IMG/VR virus record: IMGVR_UViG_3300048691_000224
Length of the DNA stretch: 64,000 bases
DNA from: a virus
Taxonomy: Duplodnaviria; Caudoviricetes
Direction: 5' to 3' (one strand)
Part shown: in pieces, positions 42,085-51,346 of the stretch
Layout of the letters: every line of letters begins with the position of its first letter
Numbering within the stretch: position 1 is the first letter of the stretch
Made by a program: the position numbers and the translations under genes
The notes under the pieces: model-generated
Told to the model about the DNA's origin: nothing
The model's input: the letters and a program-made list of their open reading frames with translations, nothing else
Database searches by the model: none

Positions 42085-45000
42085 TCACTCATCAGTATAT
42101 TCACAGGGAGCCATTGGATATGGTTCGTATATAAAGCTCGGAGGGAGTTGCAGTTCTTTCAGATCACTAAGTGCTAAATTTCTTCGGTGACCATCTTTGC
42201 TTACTTGGTATCCTGGAGGGACACACGTGTAGGAACTCTTCCATCCTTTGCGAGGTTTCATTGGACGCAGTACCCCCGAGACTTTAAGTGTGTAGAGTTG
42301 TTGCTCGGTGACTGACCAGAAATATCCTGGATAGTTCTTGATGCTGACAAAATCTTCACGTAAGTGAATCATGTAGTGCTCCACGAGCAGTACTCACCAA
42401 CCCGTTCCGGATACAGGTGCGTATTACCATTGATAGGACTCAGCACATCTTCAATCCAGCGAACTCCTAAACCCATACGAGGGGCGGCGAATTTAACAAC
42501 ATCTTCATCATGTACCGCGAAGAATAAGTCATTGCGGTCACCAGTACCTGGTACAGGATATCCACTGGTATCCAAATCAGCGCGTGTGTTGATTTGTTCG
42601 AGGTACTGCACACGAGTACCGAACTCTTTTTGGAAGAAGTCCACAAAATCACCAAAGTCATCTGGACTGAGCACTGTGCCAGGCCACACACAAACTTGGG
42701 TAAATGAAGGGTTTAATTTGATGTTTGACATTTTTGTATTACCTTTAACCATCTAATCCATTAAACGCCATAACTGTTTCTGTACAATCATCCCGAACAT
42801 AATCTACTAGTTTATTCATATGAGATACAAATTCGTTTTTGGTCATCTGGCCAGTCTTCGCCCACATGAATACGTTCTCGTGTGGAACCGTCAGTGCTGT
42901 GAATATAGTAGAATTTGTTACAAATTCACCGGTATTCATGTTGTATTTCATTTTGGATTTCCTATATTCGCTTGCTCTTAGGGTCTATTATACCCTAAAT
43001 TTACGTAAGGTCAACAGTTATTTTTCAACAACCTGCCTGGCGAACAAGCGCTATTGGCAATTGGTAACACATCACGTCCAGAGATGGTCTCTATATTTCA
43101 CAATGTTAGTACAATGTTTCGTGACTTCATCATCAAATGTTTTCTCCAACTCTGCAATTTTCTTATATGCTTCAGACTTTTCAGGCGTAGTCTCAAATGG
43201 TTTACTTGACTCGAAATCATAATCCACGAGTTTCCAAGCATCGAAATTAAAATATTCATATTTTGCAAAATAATATGCAGCCATAAGTTTCTGGTATGGG
43301 TGCCTATCAATATCACGTTTATTTTTCGCAAATGCTCTGATTTGATAATTCAACCACTGCACACCATATTCACAACGAACAGCTGAATCGATTTTCATTG
43401 GAAACAGTTTACGCTTCAAATACGACTGGTTGTTGTATGCGATAATTACTGGATCAGTGGTATCCGAATCGTAACAAACCATCATGTGGAAGGCTTCTAC
43501 CTCAACAAAGTCGATAATCGATAACATTAGTGCGTCTGGAATTTTTGTGACCAGGTCAGACCACGTACCGGGTTTGGTTTGCGTTTTCAACACGTGGGTC
43601 TGATTCTGTCTATTGGAAACGTAATATACCAGACTTCTAATTTTGTCAGGGACGTACATAACAATATTCTGAACCGTGTTTAATTTTTCTACAAGAAAAT
43701 ACCCAAACTTTGATTTCTGTTTTGATTCACTTCTATAAGTTTTCCACCCGTCGAATGATGCCGCTGCTGGTAGGGTGGTGATACCGAACAAGACTCGAAT
43801 CTTATCAGCAAATTTAGAATTTGACCAGTATGAACTTCTCATTTTAATACACCAATCAATTTATTAAGTTCCGCAATAGGGTCCCCAAAATGTGGACTTA
43901 GTGAAGCAGCAGCAATCAATTTATTTGAAGCAACAATATGATTACTTCGTTCGAGATTTACTCTATTGTGTGCCTCGAGGTTTTCTGTGATATTCGAAAC
44001 ATATGAATCAAACTTAGCATCTAATGATGTTGTGTGTGTCATAACACTATTGATGTGATCAACCGAAATCTTATTGCAAGTCTCAATACAACCATCGACA
44101 TAGGTTTTAAGTTCATTCGTATAGTTCTTAAACTCACTCTTCAGTTCATTAGCGATCCTAATGAATTCGACCAGTGTTTCTTCATTTGTCATGTAATTCT
44201 TTCCAGTTTTGATTTGTAAACTACCTACAAGGCACCGAGCCACAGAAATAGAGGAACGATAATAACATATACTAGATATGCAATAATTGCGGCGGCGCCT
44301 ACCAGTGCTGCAATGATTGTTCCGGTGCTTTCTTTCGCATAGAACCCCCAGTACACTAGAGCGAATGCGGGGATTAGGATTAGTAAATGTTGATATAGAT
44401 TCATCATTGTGTTCCTGTTGCCTTTAAAATAACTGCATCCAACTTTTCCAGCGCTTCATAGAACCTAGTAGGGCTAAACCTCGCGCTCGCTTGGTGTTGT
44501 CCACTTTTCATGATTTGTCGGACTTCGTTGGAAGCCTTTAATAGCTCGGGTGCTACTGCGATAAGTCGGGCATTGGCTAACATTTCATCACATGAAATCA
44601 CAACCTCACCAGTATTAGCATCTTGTCGGTCGAGTGAGCAAGTTAGGTTATATTGAACACCCAAGTTGACATCACAGCATTGGTTATTTTCATCACCCAA
44701 GGTCCACGGGCCAGGTGTATGGTGAAATGTAGTCATGATTGTGTTCCTGTTGCTTTAGCAATTGCAATTTCAGCATTGTGAATAGATTCATCCATTGATG
44801 GACTAATGGCGTAAACCCCAAAACCTTCTTTAGCCTGCAGCACTTGACCATATAAATTTTGTAGAGCATCTAGTAGATCCGGTGCCGCTGTTATAAGTCG
44901 GGCATTGGCAGCAAACATCTCTCCGCAGTGCGTACCCTTACGCACTGCGGGAACCGTGCAAATACCTTGGTAACCCCTACCATCCCAATTTACAGGGTCT

Positions 45001-45086
45001 TGTTTGATGTGCCAGTTTCCAAACGACATGTTGCAAGCCCAAGGTCCCGGCGTGTGAGTTCCCTGTACTTTAGTTTGGTTACTCAT
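42085..45086 (-). other. Hypothetical early ORFs (42085-42384, 42369-42752, 42745-42951, 43072-43842, 43839-44243, 44225-44407, and tandem HTPGPW-family paralogs 44404-44736 and 44733-45086)
   Basis: ORF track; HTPGPW...ANARLI.AP.LL motif in the last two. Confidence 0.7.
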
Positions 45087-45594
45087 GTAGTTCCTTTGTC
45101 AATTCGACTTTGATTAATTCTTGTACGATTTTTGGATCCGCCTTGATTATCTTCAGTACACTCCCAACTAGTGCACCAATAGCTTTAGTATTACCGGACC
45201 GATATTGATCAGCCGCCCTCTCATTCTTTGCAATGACGTCACGCACTACAACTAAAATATCGGTAGAGCTTGCTTCGTTCATCAATCGTGAAGAACGCAA
45301 ATAGTCGATGATGTTGTACCCACAGTAATTATACCAACAATCATCGATAATTTTTTTCGCGTGAGAATATGATATAGTTTTGTGGTGTAGGCAACAAGCG
45401 ACATCTGCTGTCAGTTGAGTGAATCCATAATGATAGTACTCAATATCACCAATATCGGTGTCTTCCTTTTCCAATTTGGGTAGAATTTCATTTATCATTA
45501 GCTTAGCTAGATATGGGCCCGCCTCATTGGGATGGGCGCTAGTCAAACACGACATCATGATCGCACCCAATTTATCTTTTTCAGTTTCAGTCAT
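45079..45594 (-). CDS. Standalone GatB C-terminal/YqeY-like tRNA-binding domain protein
   Basis: VVRDVIAKNE...QYRSGNTKAIGALVGSVLK..KADPKIV resembles the GatB C-terminus. Confidence 0.8.
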   Translation of the reverse strand: MTETEKDKLGAIMMSCLTSAHPNEAGPYLAKLMINEILPKLEKEDTDIGDIEYYHYGFTQLTADVACCLHHKTISYSHAKKIIDDCWYNYCGYNIIDYLRSSRLMNEASSTDILVVVRDVIAKNERAADQYRSGNTKAIGALVGSVLKIIKADPKIVQELIKVELTKELHE

Positions 45595-45606
45595 TGTTAA
45601 AGTAGT

Positions 45607-47181
45607 TTAATCTACATCCAACACGATGTCCATCAATCGGATAGGTTCTTCGCGATCACCACAAGAACCTTTGTGTGCAATGTAAACATCCACACCCCCA
45701 TACATGGTATATTCGCCACCTTTGTAACCGAAGAATTTCTTATCGAGCGCTTCATTCACCAACATTGACAAAAACTCACCAGCTGTAAATTTGTCGTTGG
45801 CCGGTTCGATAGCCAACTCACAATAGTATCCGCGATAGCTGTGCGGATTTACAAATTTCTTTACTGGTTCATCAGACGGCATCGACCTCAAATGTTTGAT
45901 TAACTCACTGAGAGTCAAACATTTTTCGAATGTTTCTTGCAAGTTTTTGAGTGCTTGGTATTGTGTATTGAGATGCATTTTTGTATTTCCTTGTGTTTTG
46001 TTAGCAGATGAGTCAATTATACCCTAATTCGACACCAAGTCAACAATTATTTTCTAAAATTGTTTAATTCTTCTTCAATCTGCCACTCAAATTCATTTAG
46101 CTTGCGGCTGAGGGCATCCAGTCTGGAAGAGGAAACCACCTCTTTGGCTCGTTCCAGCACTGCTCGCTCACTCGCAACATCAAACTGCATCAATATATCA
46201 TGCAGTGCATCCAAGAAGTCTACACTCTCACCGTTGATTGTTAGTTCAACATCAACTGTGGTATTACCAACACCCAATCCAAATTTGTTGAACATTTCGG
46301 CGCCATATTTTTTTTGCGAGAGTGTTGATTATGAAAACTGATGGAGTGTCGTGACCACCTAATTCGATCTTAGCCATTTTGAATTTCCTTAAAGGTACGT
46401 TACCTGCGCTCAGCTTGTCAAAACAATACAGTGATATTAGGCATTTTGCCAGTAACTTCTAAAATATCAAGCGCTCGCGATCCTGCGTAAATTGCTTCAT
46501 CTTCATTCTCAAACAATGGAGCCGACTCGACGGTATTGAGGATATATTCATCCCCAGGAGTACCACCGTAAGTAACAAAACTGATGCTGAACTTGTCAGA
46601 TGTGCTGTGATAGTTAACAATGTCGAGTTGAGTGCGCATTTTCAAGATCCTTATTTAAATTTGATTGATGAGTCAATTATACCCTAATTTCACATTAGGT
46701 CAACAGAGATCGCCGAATTATTACTTCACAAGGAGGTGTCAGTGAGACGAAATTTTTCTTTGAGCTCGAGGTATAATTTATACTCTGGATCACTCTGTAG
46801 CTTCAGGTATTGTGCAATTTCACCAACTTGTGTGGGTGTTTCTGGTGTAGTTCCCAATACAGAATACCGGGCTCTCAGAACTTCACCAACGGTATACTTT
46901 GGTTCGCCCAGCACTTTAGTTGAGTCGTCAACTAATTTTATTTCTCTCCATACAATATCATGTATGGCGCAACGATGATCACCGGATTTATCAGTATTTG
47001 GGCAAACGTTATCTGATATAAATGCACACCCGACACAGCTTTGCTGGCTGGACTGGACTGGCTCTGATTCGTATTTCTTGCCTTTTAATTCCAAAATCAT
47101 TTTGAAGTTCCTAGTATTCTGATTGCTCTTGGGGTCTATTATACCTAGTTTTCTGATAAGGTCAACAAAATAAGTGTACAA
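45607..47181 (-). other. Four hypothetical ORFs (45607-45978, 46047-46295, 46418-46645, 46726-47181)
   Basis: ORF track; early promoters at about 46010, 46667 and 47126. Confidence 0.6.
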
Positions 47182-47186
47182 TTATT

Positions 47187-47263
47187 TGGCAGGGGCGGAA
47201 GGACTCGAACCTTCGCATGCTGGAATCAAAATCCAGTGCCTTAACCAACTTGGCGACGCCCCT
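47187..47263 (-). tRNA. tRNA-Gln(TTG)
   Basis: Cloverleaf; CTGGA-TTTTGAT-TCCAG; CCA encoded. Confidence 0.92.
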
Positions 47264-47426
47264 ATAAAAAGATACTGGTTTCTTTCCCACCAGCAAAGTC
47301 ACGGTTCAGCAGTCAGCGCCGTTGTAACGCTAGAGCAGTGTGCCTTGGTCGATTATACCTAGAATCATCGACCTTCCGAAGTCGTTGGAATTGCTGCAGA
47401 CAACTCTCAACGACTCTATATCCAGA

Positions 47427-47981
47427 CTAAATCAACAGTCCAAGAGCATTTAAACCTTGTGTATGATAGTCGGCTGTAGATTCGAGTGCTTGTGGTGTAG
47501 ACATGTGAGCAAATGCGGCCGTGTGAAAGATTTCATCAGGTAAGATCTTCTGGAATACACTGCGAATGTCAGAGTCAATTTCATTGTCACTACACAGGGC
47601 ACGAATCCGAATCAATCGCATCTTCTCAGCGTGGTGACCCGCGCCAGCGAGCTCTTCAAAGTTTGTGAGATTTTTGAGGATTGGTTCCCAGTAACGATCA
47701 CCATCATAGGTAATCGCAGGTAGATGGATTCCCCTGGTGGTGAGTAGTTCACCGATCCAATCTCGATGAGTAGCTTCATCAACTGCAATGCGTCCTAGAA
47801 TCCTAGCCTTACCTGTTGCATCATCTGCAAATTTAAGTAGGGGAGACTCCATCAAACTATCCAATCGAGAGGCTGCAAGCGCCTCGCCGATGTACTGTCG
47901 GGTCAGCCAGTGGGTCAACTTGGCGCTACTCTGTTTAATTTCGACTAACCATTGTTCAGTTGTTTTCATGGAACTACTCAC
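47427..47981 (-). CDS. Ferritin-like di-iron carboxylate protein
   Basis: Paired E...DExxH motifs (GE..DEATH; AE..DEIFH). Confidence 0.8.
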   Translation of the reverse strand: MSSSMKTTEQWLVEIKQSSAKLTHWLTRQYIGEALAASRLDSLMESPLLKFADDATGKARILGRIAVDEATHRDWIGELLTTRGIHLPAITYDGDRYWEPILKNLTNFEELAGAGHHAEKMRLIRIRALCSDNEIDSDIRSVFQKILPDEIFHTAAFAHMSTPQALESTADYHTQGLNALGLLI

Positions 47982-47991
47982 TAAAATAATA

Positions 47992-48066
47992 TGGTACCCT
48001 CTACTAGATTCGAACTAGTGACCTGCGCCTTATCGGGGCGTTGCTCTACCACTGCGCTAAGAGGGT
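47992..48066 (-). tRNA. tRNA-Ile(GAT)
   Basis: Cloverleaf, GAT anticodon, CCA. Confidence 0.9.
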
Positions 48067-48075
48067 GTATGTTTG

Positions 48076-48165
48076 TGGTGGGCTTGGGGAGAGTCGAACT
48101 CCCATGTCCTTTTACAGACGGTAGGACCTAAACCTACTGCGTTTCCTGAGTTTCACCACAAGCCC
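48076..48165 (-). tRNA. tRNA-Leu(TAG)
   Basis: Long variable arm, TAG anticodon, CCA. Confidence 0.9.
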
Positions 48166-48175
48166 GATTTGTCTA

Positions 48176-48421
48176 TTATCTATCAGAAAGCATTTGTGCA
48201 ATCTTTAAATTTAATACGAAATTTTCTACGGTTAATTTGACGGCCGTCGCCAATAGTACCATGTCTCTGCAATCGCGTTCTGTAGCCAGGTATGTGTCTA
48301 ACACACCACCAGCTATCAATCGATACGCATCACACTCAGAGATCTCCAACATCCCCCAATCAATTGGGTCACCACACTCTATTTGTTGAGCGAGTTCGAC
48401 GAGTTGTTCTGTTAGGTTCAT
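48176..48421 (-). CDS. Hypothetical protein
   Basis: MVLLATAVKLTVENFVLNL motif resembles a small family in T4-like phages. Confidence 0.65.
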   Translation of the reverse strand: MNLTEQLVELAQQIECGDPIDWGMLEISECDAYRLIAGGVLDTYLATERDCRDMVLLATAVKLTVENFVLNLKIAQMLSDR

Positions 48422-48432
48422 ATTTTATTCTA

Positions 48433-48576
48433 CTACAATATGTATCGAGTGAGAATTAGTTCAATTACCAAGTACCACGCCCAAAATGGGAGGCAGAACG
48501 CAATAAGTGTTGACCAGAAACCTTTGGCAATTACGATACCAGCTACCCAAAATACAAGCACAGCCAATCTAAACAT
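48433..48576 (-). CDS. 47-aa membrane protein
   Basis: Manual translation MFRLAVLVFWVAGIVIAKGFWSTLIAFCLPFWAWYLVIELILTRYIL; AAGGA upstream. Confidence 0.6.
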   Translation of the reverse strand: MFRLAVLVFWVAGIVIAKGFWSTLIAFCLPFWAWYLVIELILTRYIL

Positions 48577-48731
48577 TGTCGCAGTTCCTTCATTAATGAT
48601 ATTGATTACTTTTAAGTAGGTGGGGTAGCCTAAGGCATAACTACCATGAGTGAGAGTCCGCTCAGAGGGTCGTGTTTCCGATTACCTCATTATTTGCCTC
48701 ACCTTTTGCGCTGATCAGACGCCTCTATTAC

Positions 48732-48806
48732 TGGTGCTCCCACAAGGACTTGAACCCTGCTTTCCGGATTACAAAACCGGTACATCGCCGTCTATGTTTT
48801 GAGAGC
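48732..48806 (-). tRNA. tRNA-Thr(TGT)
   Basis: Cloverleaf, TGT anticodon, CCA. Confidence 0.85.
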
Positions 48807-48818
48807 TTTTTTCTTTAC

Positions 48819-48911
48819 TGGCGGAAACGAAGGGATTCGAACTCACGATGAGGCTCAACACCCCATACTCCCTTAGCAGGGGAGCACCTTCGGCCACTCG
48901 GTCACGTTTCC
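48819..48911 (-). tRNA. tRNA-Ser(GCT)
   Basis: Long variable arm, GCT anticodon, G73, CCA. Confidence 0.88.
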
Positions 48912-48914
48912 TGC

Positions 48915-49121
48915 TTAACTATAAAATTTCACAACAGATGTTACGAATGTAAAACCCCCATCCACTGCAGCTACTGATGCTAGTGCAATGATGTACCGTG
49001 CATCCCAAGATGCTACCATGGTGGCCGGCAACTCGGCATATAATATCGAAGCAAAATATCGATAGATGATTACGATCGCGACGATTGCAATAATTGCGGA
49101 GAGGATCAAAGAACTGTGCAT
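48915..49121 (-). CDS. Small membrane protein
   Basis: Two hydrophobic segments. Confidence 0.45.
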   Translation of the reverse strand: MHSSLILSAIIAIVAIVIIYRYFASILYAELPATMVASWDARYIIALASVAAVDGGFTFVTSVVKFYS

Positions 49122-49149
49122 ATTGTTGTGTATAGTATTTGAGGTAAGG

Positions 49150-49224
49150 TGGAGCTGGGTATAGGAGTTGAACCTATATTTTCCGACTGGAGGTCGGACG
49201 TATTATCATTTATACGAACCCTGC
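49150..49224 (-). tRNA. tRNA-Gly(TCC)
   Basis: Cloverleaf, U73, CCA. Confidence 0.88.
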
Positions 49225-49242
49225 GTGATTGCGCTAAGAAGT

Positions 49243-49329
49243 TGGTGGAGGTGGTAAGATTCGAACTTACAGCGCCGTTAAGCACCGGGATTACAATCCG
49301 GCGGGGAAACCAGTCTCCCCAACACCTCC
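49243..49329 (-). tRNA. tRNA-Tyr(GTA)
   Basis: Long variable arm, GTA anticodon, CCA. Confidence 0.88.
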
Positions 49330-49356
49330 ATAGAATAGGTGTGAAATAATGAATAT

Positions 49357-49433
49357 TGGCGGACTGTGTGGGGAACACGATCCCACGACTTCTTGCTCGA
49401 CAGGCAAGCGCTCTACCACTGAGCTAACAATCC
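49357..49433 (-). tRNA. tRNA-Asp(GTC), atypical T-loop
   Basis: GTC anticodon, G73, CCA; T-loop reads ATCGTGT-like rather than TTCGANT. Confidence 0.8.
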
Positions 49434-49444
49434 TTATGTGTTTA

Positions 49445-49533
49445 TGGACCAAGCACTCAGATTTGAACTGAGGTGTGTATGTGATACATGCGGATTTGCA
49501 ATCCGCCCCCTTCGACCACTTGGGTATGCTTGG
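49445..49533 (-). tRNA. tRNA-Cys(GCA) with a long variable arm
   Basis: GCGGA-TTGCAAA-TCCGC; 17-nt variable region with TGTAT/ATACA stem; U73; CCA. Confidence 0.85.
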
Positions 49534-49541
49534 TTGTGTGA

Positions 49542-49617
49542 TGGCTGACCAGGTTGGTTTCGAACCAACAACCTTCGGTTTTGGAGACCGACGCTCTGCC
49601 AATTGAGCTACTGATCA
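49542..49617 (-). tRNA. tRNA-Trp(CCA)
   Basis: Cloverleaf, CCA anticodon, G73. Confidence 0.92.
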
Positions 49618-49626
49618 AAAAATTAC

Positions 49627-49703
49627 TGGTGGCATCACGTGAGGACTCTTACCCCAGAGTGTGTTATGAAGAACACACCAACAAACGATACACCATGCCA
49701 CCA
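49627..49703 (-). ncRNA. tRNA-like RNA, family copy 1
   Basis: 8-bp closing stem, 6-bp anticodon-like stem, T-arm-like TGGGG-TAAGAGT-CCTCA, 3' CCA. Confidence 0.6.
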
Positions 49704-49747
49704 CGATGCATTCTGTTTACTATTTCGGTTAATTACGCCGACTAATT

Positions 49748-49823
49748 TGGTTGCGGATGGAACGATTTGAACGCCTCCTTGAGGTTATGAGCCTCATGTG
49801 CTGCCGGATTACACTACACCGCG
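49748..49823 (-). tRNA. tRNA-Met(CAT), fMet-like (C1:A72) with an imperfect acceptor stem
   Basis: CGCGGTG 5' end; TGAGG-CTCATAA-CCTCA; CCA; its 5' end overlaps the HNH stop codon. Confidence 0.75.
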
Positions 49824-50632
49824 ATAACTTTTAATTTACTTACAGATTTCCGTAGAAAATAACCCGTTGGTGGTTTTGTTAATTCCCACTTTTTTACCCA
49901 ACGATTCACGCCATTGTCTGACATATTATACTTTTTACCAATTTTTGTTAACGGTATCTTCCACAATAATTCTTGCAATTCCTCTTTTGTAAAGTTTGCT
50001 TTTATAGGTTGTGGAATATATGGCGGCTTCTTTGCAACTGGTGAGTTCAATTGGGTTTTATTTCTACCAGCAAATGTGGTGGTTTGACTATGACAATTCG
50101 GACATAAGAAGCACAAATTTTCTAATCTGTGATCAGTTCGTACTCCATTCTTGTGTTCTAGTTGTAAAGTAATGGGAGTACCTTGCCAAATTGGCCCCAT
50201 ATCACAATTTACACATTTGTATTGTAGAACACCTTCCTTAATCAAACGCTTTTTCAAAGACGAACGGTCATAATTCGTGGATTCTATTAATATTTCTGAC
50301 AGTGGGCGGCCGGTAGATCCATTTCTTGTCTGAGGTCTATTTAAGTGAGGATCGAAATGTGAAATATCTATCCCATACTTCGCAACATATTTCCTAAATG
50401 TAACAGCATTTGATGCAGGAGTAAGCCCCAGCTGTCTTAATACTTCACTCATTGAGACCGATTTTTTAATCAACTCCTCCAACATTTGGCGATTATGCCA
50501 ATCTACTTTAAAACTACCTCTTTTTATATTGACCATACTATAGATTTGTCATCTGCTTGTCTATTTATGATGGCCAGCGAGATGGTTAGTTGGTGGGCTC
50601 ATGTGCTGCCGGATTACACTACACCGCGATAA
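49793..50632. repeat. 35-bp perfect direct repeat (49793-49827 and 50598-50632) matching the 5' half of tRNA-Met
   Basis: ctcatgtgctgccggattacactacaccgcgataa occurs twice. Confidence 0.95.
49814..50536 (-). CDS. HNH homing endonuclease
   Basis: YKCVNC...LQLEHKNG..DHRLENLCFLCPNCHSQT; flanked by a 35-bp direct repeat. Confidence 0.92.
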   Translation of the reverse strand: MVNIKRGSFKVDWHNRQMLEELIKKSVSMSEVLRQLGLTPASNAVTFRKYVAKYGIDISHFDPHLNRPQTRNGSTGRPLSEILIESTNYDRSSLKKRLIKEGVLQYKCVNCDMGPIWQGTPITLQLEHKNGVRTDHRLENLCFLCPNCHSQTTTFAGRNKTQLNSPVAKKPPYIPQPIKANFTKEELQELLWKIPLTKIGKKYNMSDNGVNRWVKKWELTKPPTGYFLRKSVSKLKVIAV

Positions 50633-50637
50633 ATTTC

Positions 50638-50727
50638 TGGGTCCATTCTGTGAGGACTCTTACCTCAGATTTTCTTCTACCCTTTCGAGGCAGACACTGT
50701 ATACACAGTAAGAATGACCATAGACCC
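50638..50727 (-). ncRNA. tRNA-like RNA, family copy 2
   Basis: GGGTCTAT/ATGGACCC stem; TCTGCC-TCGAAAG-GGTAGA arm; TGAGG-TAAGAGT-CCTCA arm. Confidence 0.6.
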
Positions 50728-50934
50728 GAGATCATTTCTGTTTACTTCTACACCACGTCTGATGTACTAATTTTGGTTTTAGTTGCTACTGAGCTATATG
50801 CCAATAATATTTGTGAGGCTGTGCGAGCTCATCTGCACACTTGGGCTTTTTGTCTTCTCGTTCCAGCTGGCTCTTACGACTGTAGCGTCACCTCAAAAAA
50901 TGGTGCTCCCTCACTCAATCAGGAATACACAAAG

Positions 50935-51020
50935 TGCTGGACACAGGATTCGAACCTGCGATGGATAATAAAATCAATAGCTTACAAAACTATTCCCGTC
51001 AACCGCTTGGGTAATCCAGC
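50935..51020 (-). tRNA. tRNA with TGT (Thr) anticodon on a class II (Leu/Tyr-like) body
   Basis: D-loop CCCAAGCGGTTGACGGG; ATAGT-TTTGTAA-GCTAT; 17-nt variable region; A73; no encoded CCA. Confidence 0.75.
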
Positions 51021-51066
51021 ACTTTGTATACTCACTATGAGTGGTGGGTGCACGTTGTATATCTTC

Positions 51067-51137
51067 AGCGGAATGTCAGAATCGAACTGACAACCACAGT
51101 TTGGAAAACTGTCGTTTTACCATTAAACTAATCCCGC
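51067..51137 (-). tRNA. tRNA-Gly(TCC), second copy, no encoded CCA
   Basis: GCGGGAT/ATTCCGC acceptor, TCC anticodon, U73. Confidence 0.85.
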
Positions 51138-51235
51138 ATAAGTTGGACGTGTGTCGATGAAGCCCCACGATTATCCAATACGTGGTATTTTTCAGACTTG
51201 GCTTTCCAGTATTTACTGACTGGATACATTTGAAA

Positions 51236-51325
51236 TGGTGGAAGTAGTGAGATTCGAACTCACGGACGGATTGCTCCGCCGGCAGTTTTCAAGACTGCTC
51301 CATTAAACCACTTTGGTACACTTCC
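51236..51325 (-). tRNA. tRNA-Ser(TGA)
   Basis: Long variable arm, TGA anticodon, CCA. Confidence 0.9.
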
Positions 51326-51346
51326 TTAAAATATTCGCATAATTTT

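Noticed and set aside
48610-48730. Hammerhead ribozyme in a non-coding gap
   Set aside because: Lacks the CTGATGA/GAAA core in the correct arrangement; structure not convincing by eye
49627-49703. Selenocysteine or opal-suppressor tRNA (TCA in loop)
   Set aside because: Loop is 6 or 8 nt, there is no long variable arm, and ORFs in the window read normally with TGA as stop, so there is no sign of recoding
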